In this document: in pieces, positions 13,536 through 26,194 of the stretch | How positions within the stretch are numbered: the stretch's first letter is position 1 | Layout: every line of letters starts with the position of its first letter | Source of the DNA: Octopus vulgaris | Taxonomy: Eukaryota | Direction: 5' to 3' | DNA length: 64,000 nucleotides | NCBI GenBank assembly: GCA_951406725.2 | Contig: OX597815.1 | Coordinates: forward strand, 77,314,001-77,378,000 | Made by a program: the position numbers and the translations under genes | The notes under the pieces: model-generated | Told to the model about the DNA's origin: nothing | The model's input: the letters and a program-made list of their open reading frames with translations, nothing else | Databases searched by the model: none

Positions 13536-15557
13536 CTAGCACGAATACCCGGCGTTGCCCGGGTATTAAATACTTGGCAATAGTCTTAATAGGTTCTATC
13601 ATTTTTTTTTTTTTTGTACATCTCTTTGAATATTTTTTTGCGTTAAGTTGCAAATATTGACATTGAGGAAGAAGTGATTTTTACCCATAGACCATAAATA
13701 AAGTAGTAACAACAGGGTGAAAAGCCTTGGAGAAGCCACAAGAGCATCGCAAGGAGTGCAACAATTGAATGTAAAGTGGCCCTGAAAAGAGCCGTGTTAT
13801 CGTTCTCACAAGAGCCGTGAAAAGGATTGTTAACCGTTCACAGGTATAAATGTCCTTTTTCGTTCACATGAAAAGCAGTGATGCCAGAACTCAAGCCATC
13901 TGCAAGGAGATTGAGAAGCTGTAGAGGACAAAATATAAAAAAAAGAAGACTTAAGAAAAGCAGGTAATTTTGAAAGAATGGTAACAATAATACTCACTCA
14001 CCATAAACCGGTTCGGCAGGGAAGCTGCGGCATGTTGGACGGCCTACAGCACCTCACGGTAGACGACATTTTTTGTTTTGGTTTTCGGGGCGAACACGAA
14101 AAGGTTTTTTTAACATCTGACTCTTGAGCATCCGACGTATAGAGAAGCAGGGTTGGCCTAAATGGAGTCCTGTCGTTGTTAGTGTTTGGTCTTAGGACTT
14201 GTTGATGGGCATGGCAAAGCAAAGTCGAAGAGGGAACTGAAGTTGACGCAAGGGACAGGGGCATTGCTTATCTGATGGAGTAAGGGGTATCCTAGGTATA
14301 AAGATGTCTCCGATGCCACAACCCGTAAGAATTGTTGATTCAATAACATGAGGCAGCACATTTTTTTTACCACTAACCACGTTCCGTTCACAGGCGTGGT
14401 GGCTCTAGGTTCCTCAGCAGCATGACCGGAGCTCTAATTTTGAGGTGCAGTTGGTGAGGCGGTAGTCCGGAGGGGTCCAAGGAATTGAGGAATTCTGTGG
14501 GAAATTTAACGGCCTCTTCTTGATTCACAAGAGTGTCCACAGACTTGTAGGTGTGAAGGTTTCCAGAAAGGCTTCGCAATAAGTCTTCATTGAGTTTCGC
14601 AATAAATGTGTTTTTGGGAGCTAATATGGCTCTTTCACACAGCCTATTCAGGTTTTGGTAGTTTACGTGCAGATCGGGAAAAACAGCGGTTGTAAGTTCA
14701 TCCACAGTGTCCACAGGTGTACCTACGTGTAAGACAGCCGCCTCTCCAGCTATATTGGAGGGAACTGTGCCATCGCCAACGATGCTTGGAGAAGTTACCC
14801 GAAAAGTTGTCGCCGAAAAGCTGGGCCCTCGTATTCGGTCAAAAATGAGGGATTTAAGGGCAAAAAACCAATTTTCTACTCAGTTTTTCGCAATTGTTGG
14901 TCATACGCAGATGAACTCTTCAAATCGGAATCTCCTAACGTTATCTATAAGACGAGTAAATAGTGTGTAAAGTTTGAATGCAATTCACCGAAGCAGTGTA
15001 TAAAAATCGTTTTTTTTTTTCAGTTTTCCGCGTTATTTTGTCGCACTGGGATGCCTTTGGACATAGAACAGATACTTGATAGAACCGCCGTCACATGGTG
15101 GTTTTTTAGCCGTAAAAACCAAGGAAATCGGACTTTCCAGTAAAATGTTTTCTACCGTGTAACTTTGCAAATTGCGAAAAATCGATTTTTTTCAAAGTTT
15201 TTCGCAATTTTGTTGGGAATGTGAGACCTCAAAGTAGTGCCAAACTATTTGTCTAAAATGTCGCAACATGACGCTCCTTTTGACACCAAAATTATAAAAA
15301 TCGTACTTTCCTGTAAAAAGTTTTCTCGCGTGCAACTTTTGCCCTTTTTTTTGCAAAAAGTAGGGGGTCCCTTCAGTTTTATCGATTTTTATCCTAGAAG
15401 CGGGTATCTCTAGGCATATGTAATGCGGCAGTGACCTGCCTAGGTAAATTTCTCATTTAATAAAAAAAATTTCAGCAAAATCGAATGAAAAATGTGGAAA
15501 CGCATAAAAAGCACACACAGACACACACACACACATTTTGAGTTTTATAGATATAGA
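13536..15557 (-). mobile_element. Internally deleted Helitron with both termini and a PIF1 helicase remnant
   Basis: 5' A|TCTATATCTATAAAAC..(GT)n at 15557; 3' hairpin AATACCCGG-N6-CCGGGTATT (13544-13567) then CTAG|T at 13539-13535; helicase motifs RAILAPKN, GLPPH.L.LK, VMLLRNL, QFPLRLCFAM.INKS and KTKNVVYREVL* (stop 14046-14044). Confidence 0.92.
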
Positions 15558-15989
15558 TTACAAAAATAATAAAATATTCATAATTCATGATTCAAAATGT
15601 GAAACACGCTAGCGCTATTTCTTTTATTTTTTTCTGTCACGAAAATAAGACTTCGCATATTTGAAATCTCACGGCGAAAGGTTTTAAAACTGTAGTTTAA
15701 TTACTTCATCTCGTTGTACATAAATGTTTATTAATTACTTTTATTAAGTGAAGGCAAGTTAATTTCCAATTGCAACAAGTTTGTAGTTTTAGAAATTATT
15801 TGACGTGTATGACTAACATTTACAATATTTTAGGAGTGAGCTCTTTTAATTCAGTAAAACCGGCAAATTCTTAAATTATTTACATGAAAGACAATTACCG
15901 GAGAACTTTCTTATAATACTTTCAAATCTTTCAGCTAAAACTGTACTGAAACCATTTGTGGGAAAGAAAGAAAACAAACCCAACAATGC

Positions 15990-17330
15990 AACACAAGTGA
16001 TTTAACTGGTCGCACACCACAAGGTTTGATGGAACCTACTGAAGCAAGCCAGCATGCTTGCAGCATTACCACGATCGATGGCGAAGCTGAGACGTTGGAA
16101 AGGCCAAGCGCCCTCACGGGCATCCTCTGACATGAGCTGCGAACATTGACAAGAACTTCGTGATTAATGGCCCAGTCCCTCCGAACGTCTCAAACGTCAC
16201 AGTTTGAAAGAGCTAATTCACTTTCAGATCCCGATGCTTCAGAGTTTTGTTCTGTTCGGCTACCGTAGCAGTGACCCTCCCATTTATTACAGCATCCATG
16301 ATGTGAGCAGTACAAAAGAGTTGTAGATTGTGGCGTTCCAAATGAGACCCCTACCTTTAACCCAGGGACAGGGGGTAAGACCATCTGGTCATTTTCCATC
16401 ACTTCTGGATAATCCCATCGGCTCCGGAACTGAGGGGATATTAATCTGAGCCAGGGCCCGCTTAATAATTAGGTTTAGCTCGGTGTGACGAGCGAAGCGA
16501 CCAGCATTTAGGCGGCAAGACAGACCGTGAAGACCTGTGAGGTCGAAGGGGCCTACCACAATGGCATCTCAGTCCCCTACAGATGCCAGGTCCCACTCTG
16601 AGTGCGATGGAGATGCGGAGTTCATCTAGACTGGTTAGACCTCCAATGTTAGCCATAGGCAGGGCATCATTCCAGAGTCCCGAGAATTTTGCACTAGCTG
16701 AAAGTAGGCGATGCTTTGAAAATTGATCAGATTGATCAAGGAGAGAGTTGGAAGCGACACCTCAACGCAGATTGTCCCATAGTCTCTGCTTCTGTCTATC
16801 CTAAATTTGTACAGGAACAGGCAAACCCAGCTCTTGCCATTGTAATAGAGCTTCACCCATCACCCTGTTGGAATTAGTCTGTGTTGGAGAGGAAAGGATG
16901 TTGTCTATCAAAAGGGGAAAGAAAATAGGGAAGAAATAGAGACGAGTACTTGCGCAAACCTAGATCTCCAAACCGTTAGGCAAAGAAGCTTGGTCGTGGA
17001 CTCTGAGAAGAGTTTGACATTCGAGTTTCCTGAAGATTAAATCGTCAAGGCATTGGAGGGACGACAGGAATTTATTAGAGGGACTAACTCTCAGAAAATA
17101 CAATAGCTTAGAAATTGATAATTTCTAAGTAAAAAAAAAAAAAACCTTATTGGGGTTCAATTATCTCAAGGTTTTTTAAAAGTTGTTCGAGGTTAGCTGT
17201 TTAGGATCGAAAGAGGAACTCGAAAGCTAGGCCAGTAATTGGGGTTCCAAAGAAGCACCACGCTAAAGAAGTAGTAATCGTGATTGAGGGGAGGGAGTCA
17301 ACAAATAGTTTAGTAGTCTGCTAGCAAAAT
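15990..17330 (-). mobile_element. Decayed CRE-clade (restriction-like endonuclease) non-LTR retrotransposon 3' part
   Basis: LRISIALRVG..IC....CHCG zinc knuckle, [44 protein letters not shown]; boundaries approximate. Confidence 0.8.
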
Positions 17331-17697
17331 CTTATAAAAATGTCAATGTTCTAAAAGATGTACATTTAGATGGAAATAAAATTCCCATTTTTTTTTCACA
17401 TTCAGTGAAGACAAAAGTCTATAAAACCTAATTCTTTCCTATTTATATTTAATCTGTTCCGTTTCATTTACTGAGGCGAATGTACTAAAATGCAAAATAA
17501 ATATATAAATAAAAAGTAGAGAGATGCCGGAATACCAAGAGATTACCAGTGTTTCAATTTAAGAAAACAAATCTATTACGCTGATGTATTTAAATATATA
17601 TGTAAGTGTGTGTACATCATAGACGGAAACAATTTATATTGGGTACATTAGGGGGGAATAAAAAATGGGAAATAACTCCGTCACTCACAAAGTTAAA

Positions 17698-17815
17698 ATG
17701 GCAGTCTCCTTTCATCGACTTACCTTGTGTAGTCTGACATTGCAATCAAAAAGAGCTTTACCTAATTCTCCTTTTAGTTATGCATGTATCAGACATGCCA
17801 AGAAACTAGCAGGAT
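17698..17815 (+). CDS. MRPL54: MRPL54 exon 1 (mitochondrial presequence)
   Basis: AAAATGG start; MAVSFHRLTLCSLTLQSKRALPNSPFSYACIRHAKKLAG is basic and lacks acidic residues; phase-1 donor T|GTAAGT matches the phase-1 acceptor at 20043. Confidence 0.85.
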
Positions 17816-19629
17816 GTAAGTGGTCTATCTGTTTATTTTTTATTCATGAGAAAAAATTCTTCATTGCTTCAAAGTTTTCTGCTTCTCATCTTAGAGTCAT
17901 CTAAGCTTTAAGTTATTGAAAGTTAAACAGTCCCACTTGTATAGGCATGTTAAGAATTTAACACGTGTGTATAGAAACACACACACACACACATATATAT
18001 AATATATATAACTAAAATATAGTTAAGCGGCATAAATTCTTGTATGTCACCTTCCCAGCTTTTTTGATTTTTGTCACGGCCAGATCGTGACATGTTTTCA
18101 TATATGTGGTGAGGGGAGAAAACAAAATAGTATGTTAAAAGTGATGTAAAAAACTATTTTGTTGTTTATAAAACATAGACCAGTGGACCGAAAATGTTGA
18201 AATTCACAATACACCTCCTTTTAATGCATCCTATTACATGAGAACATGCTGTTGATATTTAAGGCTGTGACAAAAGAAAATAAGTTGAGTGAGATACGAA
18301 AGTTTTTATGTAACTAAAACTTCCGTCTTTTTTTTTTTTTTTAGTGTTGACACATTTGGAGGAGTTCCTTAACGACTTGGAGATTCGGTTTACTTATAGA
18401 ACATTGTGGCCCCAAATTCTTGACATTAAAAAGATTTGCATCTAGATTTCCCTCTAGGAACCTTAGGCATAACGAAGTCGCCTCTCTCTTAACGAATATA
18501 TATAAAGCAATCCGTCACCCTTCAGCAATTATAGCTTGGTAACCTGCTAATTGTTTTGAGTATCCACGTAGTCGCGAGCAGACATAGACACCCTCCCGAC
18601 TCTCCTCTCTTTTGATCGAATAATCATGCTTGTATTAATCTTTTATGACTAGTTTCATTGTTGATTCTACCAAATAGGTCCTCATTATCCCATATTCCTA
18701 ATTCTGTAGTGACACTGCTGTATTTCTTTCATTTCACCTATTCAAGCCCTGTGATAATGTTATTTTGAACCCATCTTCCCAATGACGTTCTGATCCATAT
18801 GAAAACATTGTTTTAAGAGTTGAAATACCTCTCATTGCTATGGCTCCAAACTATTCTTATTACTTTCTTTGCTAATTAAACTTGTTTTCCATATTGCCTC
18901 GACTCCTAATATTACACTTGTCCTCTGCTCCATTCATCATCACCTTTCTTCCACTCCATTCATCCTCATCATACCTTCGTTTACCATGCTGGCATGGGTT
19001 GGACGGGTTGGCAAGGCCAAGAGCCACACCTAGTTCCATTGTCTGTTTCTGCATGGTTTCCACAGCTTGATGTCCTTTCTAACGCCAACCACTTTACAGT
19101 CTACTGGATGCTTTTAATGTGGTACCATCACCAGTGCTTTTTGCATGGCACTGTCACAAGCACTTTTCACCCGGCCTTATTCTCTAGGCTCTTTTTAACC
19201 AACTTTGCCATCTACCTGGCACTCATTTCAATCTGTGAGTAGTCGGTCATTTGTCTTTTCTAAATAGATATTATATTGCTAATAAAGGAAAATTTTCAAC
19301 TTCTGTGTCCATCTTTTAATTATGTTTCATGTTCTAATCTTCTCTATTCTCAATCTAATAACCTATGTTGGAGAGTACATTCCCCACTATAAAAAAACAT
19401 GGGTTCTGGCACATGTCTAGGTGATTAGGAGCCAGTTGTTACTTTGATTTAATTTCTGTATCTATGTTTGAAATTAAATCTTAGCATTTCACTTTCAAAC
19501 CTTTACATTAAAAAGAAACAAACAAAAAAACATGTTTACATTGGCTGAATGAAACAATCTAAATTGTCAAACTCTTGAATGTACTAACTCATAGTTTTGT
19601 GTCTTCAAATTTCTCATATTGCATTGTGA

Positions 19630-19665
<36 letters not shown>

Positions 19666-20043
19666 GGTGATAAACTGGCAGGATTGTTAGCACACTGGGC
19701 AAAATGCTTTGTGGCATTTCGTCTGTCATCCTTTCAGGGTCAATAAAATAAGTGCCAGTTTAGTACTGGGGTCAATGAAGTTGCTGGCCTTGTGCTAAAA
19801 TTTGAAACCATTGTTCTTACCATCATCAAAGATGGAAATGTTTTAAATTCATGATTAAGTTCATCCATCTTCAGCATGCTAATTAGTTTCTGTTATAAGA
19901 AAATCAGCTTTAAAAATATTTAAAGAGTGCAAAAGAACTATTCTATCCAACCCATGCAATTTCTAATGATTTTAATATTTTTCTTGATTCATGTTTTTGA
20001 TGATGATGATGCTGATGATGATTTTCGTTTCTTTGTTTCACAG

Positions 20044-20297
20044 TGAAAATGTCTGCCCAGCCAGTCAAGAAAGAAAAGCTTCCTGTTGAAACTGATGTTG
20101 ACAAGCTTCTAAAATATGTATGTGGTGCCAATATTGTTGAAGGTAGTGAGATGATTGAAATCAAGGCAGATCACGAATATCCTGATTGGTTGTGGCAGTT
20201 AAATACAGGTCCTCCACCATCACTAGATGAGTTAGATCCAAATGATCGTGCATATTGGCGTAGACTAAGAAAAATGTCATTCAGAAGTTCTAGGTGA
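20044..20297 (+). CDS. MRPL54: MRPL54 exon 2 (mitochondrial ribosomal protein mL54)
   Basis: Pyrimidine tract plus CAG acceptor; VETD..KL..YVCG.N, K.D.EYPDWLW.L..G and ELDP....YWRRLRK are mL54 family motifs; stop TGA 20295-20297. Confidence 0.93.
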
Positions 20298-20437
20298 TGA
20301 AATTCCAAAGACATTTCTGCAATATTTGCAGACGTTTGAATTTTTTTTTTTTTGTATTATCTTCAAATTACACTTTTCATTAGATCTTCCGTATGTTTAA
20401 GAAGCAAATTCATTTTGTTTTGATATATTTAGAAAAC

Positions 20438-20443
20438 AATAAA
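20438..20443 (+). terminator. Probable MRPL54 polyadenylation signal
   Basis: AATAAA ~140 nt after the stop, followed by a T-rich downstream element. Confidence 0.6.
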
Positions 20444-20877
20444 TTAATTTATTCACTTCATTCTTGTGAAGTTTTCTTTTTTTCACTTTCTGCTTCACAT
20501 ACAGAATACTGAGATATATCTAATGTAATATGCAATAATAAGGGGAAAAAATCAAAACTATTGAAATCTTTTCTTGTTGTTTAATGACAAGTCATTTCCT
20601 CAAATTACTTTCAGTTTTTTTTGTGAGTTAACATTATATATCTAAGAGTTTACATTCAAGTTATTCTTGTCTATTTATCTATGGCTGTCAAACAGAATTG
20701 CGGATGCCTCAGTACCATAGGTCTTAATGAGGTGCAAGCTTGCTTCCAAACGGCATGATTTCAGATTTAGTCTCATTGCATGACACCTTGGGCAAGTGTT
20801 TTCTACTATAGCCTTGAGCCAACCAAAGTCTTTTGAATGAATTTGGTAGATGGAAACTGCAATAACCCTGTTGTGTG

Positions 20878-20910
<33 letters not shown>

Positions 20911-22480
20911 CATCATCATCAATTAATGTCCATTGTCCATGCTGGCATGGGTTGGACGGTTTGACTAGGCTGGCATGATGGAAGGCTGCGCCAAACCAGT
21001 CTGATTTGGCATGGCTTTCTATGGCTGGATACCCTATCTAATGCAAACCACTCCAGGAGTGTAATGGTTGCTTTTACATGCCACCAGTATGAGTGCCAAT
21101 TGTGTGACACCAGAGTGTGTTTACGTGCCATCAGCATGACACCGGTGTTTGCCATGACTGCAATTTTGCTTGGCTTGATGGGTTTTCTTCTCAAGCACCA
21201 CATAATGCCAAAGGTCTTGGTTATTGCCTCTGTGAGGCCCAACACACGAAAGGAACTCAGCCACTTTGCCTCTGTGAGACCCAATACCCAAACAGAACTC
21301 AGCCACTTTGCCTCTGTCAGGCCCAATGTTCAAAAGATGTTCTTTATGTGCCACCAGCATGAATGCACTTGGCTTGACAGGTCCTCTCAAGCACAGCACA
21401 TCGCCAAAGGTCTCAATCACCAGTCATTGCCTCTATGAGGCTCAAAGTTTGAAGATCATGCTTCACCACCTCATCCCTTATCTTCCTGGGTCTACCTCTA
21501 CCACAGGTTCTCTCCACAGTTAGAGATCGTACTTCTTTGCACAGCTGTCCTCATCCATACGCATCACATGACCTTACTAGCACAGTTGTCTCTCTTGCAC
21601 ACCACATCTGATTCTTCTTTTGCCGAACTTTTCTCTCAAGATGCTTACACTCTGTCAAACATGCACACTGACATTGCACATCCAGCAAAGCATACTGGCT
21701 TCATTTCTCTCATGTCAACACATGTCTTTCACCCATGTCACTGTCATGCAGTATAGCTGTTTGGACACAAGCATCGGGTAGGAGCTCTCTGAACTTTGCC
21801 CAGCCTAATCTTATCCTCACAGCTATGCTCATGGAGCATCCACCTCCACTACTAACTTGGTTACCTAGATGATGGAAGCTATCTACTACCTCTAGCTTGC
21901 CCCCCTGACAGTTGATTTAGTCTATTTTCTGCATTTATTGCACCTGTGTACCTTCCACATACAAAAGTTAGTTTCCCTGTTAATTTTCTTCTGATGTTAC
22001 TGCACCTTTTATGTGTCCAAACCTTACACTTGGTGCATCTTATGGAGTTGCTACCTATACCTTTTCTACAGATTGAGGAAGGCCATCTACCTGAAGGGAT
22101 TTGTGATTTATCAACCTTCTTACATACTATGATTTTGGTTTTTGCTAGGTTAACTCTAAGGCCATTTGGTTCTAGACCTTGCTTCCATACCTGGAACTTC
22201 TTCACTAGTTTAGGTAGTGATTCAGTTATAAGAGCAACGTCATCAGCCTAGAGGACGATGATGAACAAAAGGGGGCTACACACCGATCCTTGGTGAACTA
22301 CTTGTACCCTGAATTCTTTGCTGTACTCATTTCCCACCCTCATCTTACTGGTAGCATTCCTGTACAAGGCTTGTACGGCTCTCACCAACCACTCATCTAT
22401 CCCTAGTTTCTGCTTTGACCACCAGATAAGGGATCAGGGACTCTGTCAAAAGCTTTCTCTAAGGCAACAAAAGCCAAGTA
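20911..22480 (-). mobile_element. Decayed RTE LINE (RT C-terminal half and 3'UTR)
   Basis: FQVWKQGLE..GLRVNLAKTK, WTHKRCS and EKAFDRV remnants; (CAT)n tail next to (TA)n. Confidence 0.9.
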
Positions 22481-22760
22481 CCCCACCCTGAATACTGAAT
22501 TAAAATAATGATTGTACATGTAATATAATGTTATGTGATATAATTCAGATACATGAATAAGCATTTAAATTTGATTGGGCGGCAGATTTGCAAAATATAA
22601 GGGTGTAATTTTCATTACAAGGTGGGTGGTAGGGTGATGTGAAAATTAACAGTAAAATATAAATCTAAAAGTAAAAATAAGAAAAATAAAATAAATTTTA
22701 TGATAAGATTGAAAAAATCTTACGTGAAATAGGTGGGAATGCCCAATATATTCACCTGTA

Positions 22761-22958
22761 AAGGCGGCAAGCTGGGCGAAATGCTTAGAGGCATTTTGTC
22801 TATCTTTACATTCTGAGTTCAAATTCCGCTGAGGTTGACTTTGCCTTTCATCCTTTCAGGGTCAATAAATTAAGTATCAGTTGCATACTGGGGTCGATCT
22901 AATCAACTGGCCTCCTTCCCCCAAAATTTCGGGCCTTGTGCATAGAGTAGAAAAGAAT
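22761..22958 (+). mobile_element. tRNA-derived SINE (family with GTTCAAAT B-box and GACTTTGCCTTTCATCCTTTC core)
   Basis: Related copies at ~7600-7790, 19665, 27420-27970, 33611, 36120-36650, 38528 and 59410. Confidence 0.8.
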
Positions 22959-23011
22959 GTACTCGCCTGTGTGTGTGTATGTATATATATAACATGAATA
23001 TAACAATTTGA

Positions 23012-23042
<31 letters not shown>

Positions 23043-24427
23043 ATAACATGAATATAGCAAAAGTGTTTGATTTTATTAGTCACAACAAACCCATACAAAT
23101 ATTGCAATCAATTTTAATTCACAAATAATAGAATATGTCTAATAGGTTGTCTAATAGAATTCAATTTATTCATATTGAAATCAGTACTTCACCAATTCTT
23201 CAGACGGAAGCTGAAAGATATCCCTCTCTCTCTTTCGGAGAGGCACAAGCACATACACGCACATGTACACACACGGCAGTAACTTCCGCCTGCCGAATTC
23301 AATCACAAAGCTTCGGTCAGCTCGGGGCTATAGCAGAAGACACCTACCCAAAGTGCCACGCAGTGGGACTGAACCCGAAACCATGTAGCTAGGAAGCACG
23401 CTCCCTAACCACACAGCCATGCCCATATATATATATATATATCTGCAAGAAGTATGCCCACACCACCAACCCCATCAGTATTGCCTACCCAGAAGATATT
23501 TTACCAATGCACTTTTGCCTGTGAGGAAACTGATAGAAGCTTACCACCACCTTACTTCTTAAATGTAACACACTATTCAATGTTATTTCTCGTCAGGTAC
23601 TTGCCATCTGTCTGTTTTAAATCCTTTGTCAGCAAAAGATTTCTAAATACCTGATGCAAAACAAACAATGAATAATTATGTGGAACCTTAAAGTTATGAA
23701 ATATGGGTTGAGTACTCCTTTTTAACACTTGCAGTACATAACTACTTATTCCATTTCTTTTATTCACAGACTATAATGCACTCATATATTTGTCAATAGA
23801 GTGGATGTATTATATAAAGTGTTACAGTATTATATATCCATTACAGCCAGTCTTACAAATTGGTTTCACACTGCATGTTAAACTGAATATAATATAACAG
23901 CTTGATTATGTAACCCTGCAATCCCCAGAGCTTGCAGTATAGAAGAAAATCTGCTGACTGCTTTTTTATTGGAGGTGGAAAAATACATCCAGCTTGTGAT
24001 TCTTGAAAAAAAATGAAATGAACTGAACAAGAGTAAAATCAAGAGTTGTCCCTAGGCATCAAATGGTCTCTGGGGTATTGTAAAACTACAAGAGTTTTCT
24101 GGTTATGTGTCTACAGTTTAGGGTGGCTTGGTATTCATTTTGGGTTGAAATGTGTGCAGTGGTATTATAAGTGTAGCAATTTTTGAGGTACTTATGATGC
24201 TTGGGGTGCAGAGTAGATGCCTAAACACTTAAGCACAAATGGAAGACTTTTTCTTTATCAAAGTTATTCTTATCTGGAACTCACTCACCTCCACAATTTC
24301 TGAAACTTACTCTATACAGGAAGCTTTAAGAAAGAGTTACTTCTTTAGATTGGTCCAAATGTATATGAAAATTGTCCTAGCCAGTCATTCAGTTTTGTCA
24401 TTCATTGCCAAGTTATAATAGATATAT

Positions 24428-24817
24428 AGGTGCAGGAGTGGCTGTGTGGTAAGTAGCTTGCTTACCAACCACATGGTTCTCGGTTCAGTCCCACTGCGTG
24501 GCACCTTGGGCAAGTGACTTTTACTATAGCCTCTGGCCGACCAAAGCTTTGTGAGTGGATTAGGTAGACGGAAACTGAAAGAAGCCCGTTGTATATATGT
24601 ATATGTATGTGTGTGTTTGTGTATCTGTGTTTGTCCACCCAACATCGTTTGACAACCGACGCTGGTGTGTTTGCGTTGCTGTAACTTAGCGGTTCGGCAA
24701 CAGAAACTGATAGAGTAAGTACTAGGCTTACAAAGAATAAGTTCTGGGGTCGATTTGCTCGACTAAAGGCAGTGCTCCAGCATGGCCGCAGTCAAATGAC
24801 TGAAACAAGAAAAAGAG
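24428..24817 (+). mobile_element. tRNA-derived SINE (GGCTGTGTGGT head, CCTTGGGCAAGT core), near full length
   Basis: A/B-box-like head; related copies at ~5030-5190, 23280-23425, 49660-49830 and 55125-55480. Confidence 0.82.
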
Positions 24818-25074
24818 TAATGTTTATTGTATAGTTTTGTATAATTTTGCGAAATTTTAATTCAGTTTGAAGCTCATCACTATATTTTTACTATGTAAGT
24901 TTTACACATTTTATCCTTTTAAATTGTCTTGTACTTTGTGAGAAGAGGGATGGGGTGTGTGAGTGTGGAGAATAAAACTGATGAAAGGGTGAGTTTGGAG
25001 AAAAATGCCTTGTTTGATATGCGTACTCACAGATACTCTTTTATCATGATCACTATCAGAAAGGACTATGGATC

Positions 25075-25743
25075 AATTATACAAAAATAGCCATGATAGG
25101 GTAGGACAGTATTTACACTGGAAAATATGTAAACACTACAAAATCAGCACTCCTGCTTACTGGTATGAACATTGTCCTGAACCAGTCATTGAAGGTAAAA
25201 ATGTCACTATCCTCTGGGATTTTCCAGTCAACACTGGAAATAATTATGTTTGGCTAATTGACTAAGCAATTATTAAAGACAGGAAAGAAAATATTTGTAG
25301 ACTAATAGATGTAAGTGTTCCTACTGATAAAAAACATATCTGTCGAGGAATTTGACAAACTAAGTAAATATAAGGACCTGGAAATTGAAATACAAAAGAT
25401 GGGGCATCTTAAAACAAGAACTGTTCCTGTTATTGTAGGTGCCCTATGTATGATAAAAAAGGGATGTCAGAAACATCTAGATAAGATCCCAGGGGAACTA
25501 TGTCTCAGAAAAATCCAAAAGATTATACTGACAAGTACTGCCCACATCCTTAGAAAAACCCTATCCATTTAAATGTCGGTGTTGTATTACATGAAGATAT
25601 TTTGTTATTTGCCCTCTCCAAGCTTTCAGTCATACTGTAACATCTCTTATCCTTCACTTGCCCCAGGACTCTGGATGTGTCTTGACAAGTAACTGTAGCA
25701 CACATGCAGATTAAAAATAAATAAATAATAATAATAATAATAA
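25075..25743 (+). mobile_element. R4/Dong-clade LINE 3' fragment with (TAA)n tail
   Basis: HDRVGQYLHW, WYEH.PE, ILWDF, LIDVSVP, KLSKYKDL and VPVIVGAL are restriction-like endonuclease region motifs; (TAA)n at ~25720-25743. Confidence 0.85.
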
Positions 25744-25756
25744 GAAGAAGAATATA

Positions 25757-26060
25757 AGAAACGGAGGCATGACCAGGTTGTAAGTTTTACACTGGAAATT
25801 GTGCCATAAATGGAGAGTTAAAGCCGGAAACACATGGTACAATAATCAAGTCGAAAGAATACTTGAGTCAGAAAAATGTAAGATTTTGTGGGACTTTCCT
25901 ATTCAAATGGACAAGAGCTTAGAAAATAATGGACCAGATATTACAATCACAGATAAGGAAAAATGAGGTTACTTACTAATCAACCCATCATGCTTGTTTG
26001 GTACCAGGGTTGCAAAGAGAAAGAAAAACAAGGAAAATACAATCCCTTACAATTTGGAGC
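25757..26060 (+). mobile_element. Second, shorter R4/Dong LINE fragment
   Basis: YKKRRHDQV..LHWKLC, WYNNQ, KILWDFPIQ and PDITI remnants. Confidence 0.7.
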
Positions 26061-26096
26061 ATTTAGCCAGTGTGCTGATTCTGCCAGCCCACCGCC

Positions 26097-26128
<32 letters not shown>

Positions 26129-26194
26129 CCTTTCTACTATAGGTACAAGGCCTGAAATTTGTGGGGAGGGGACTAGTCAATTACATCGACTCCA

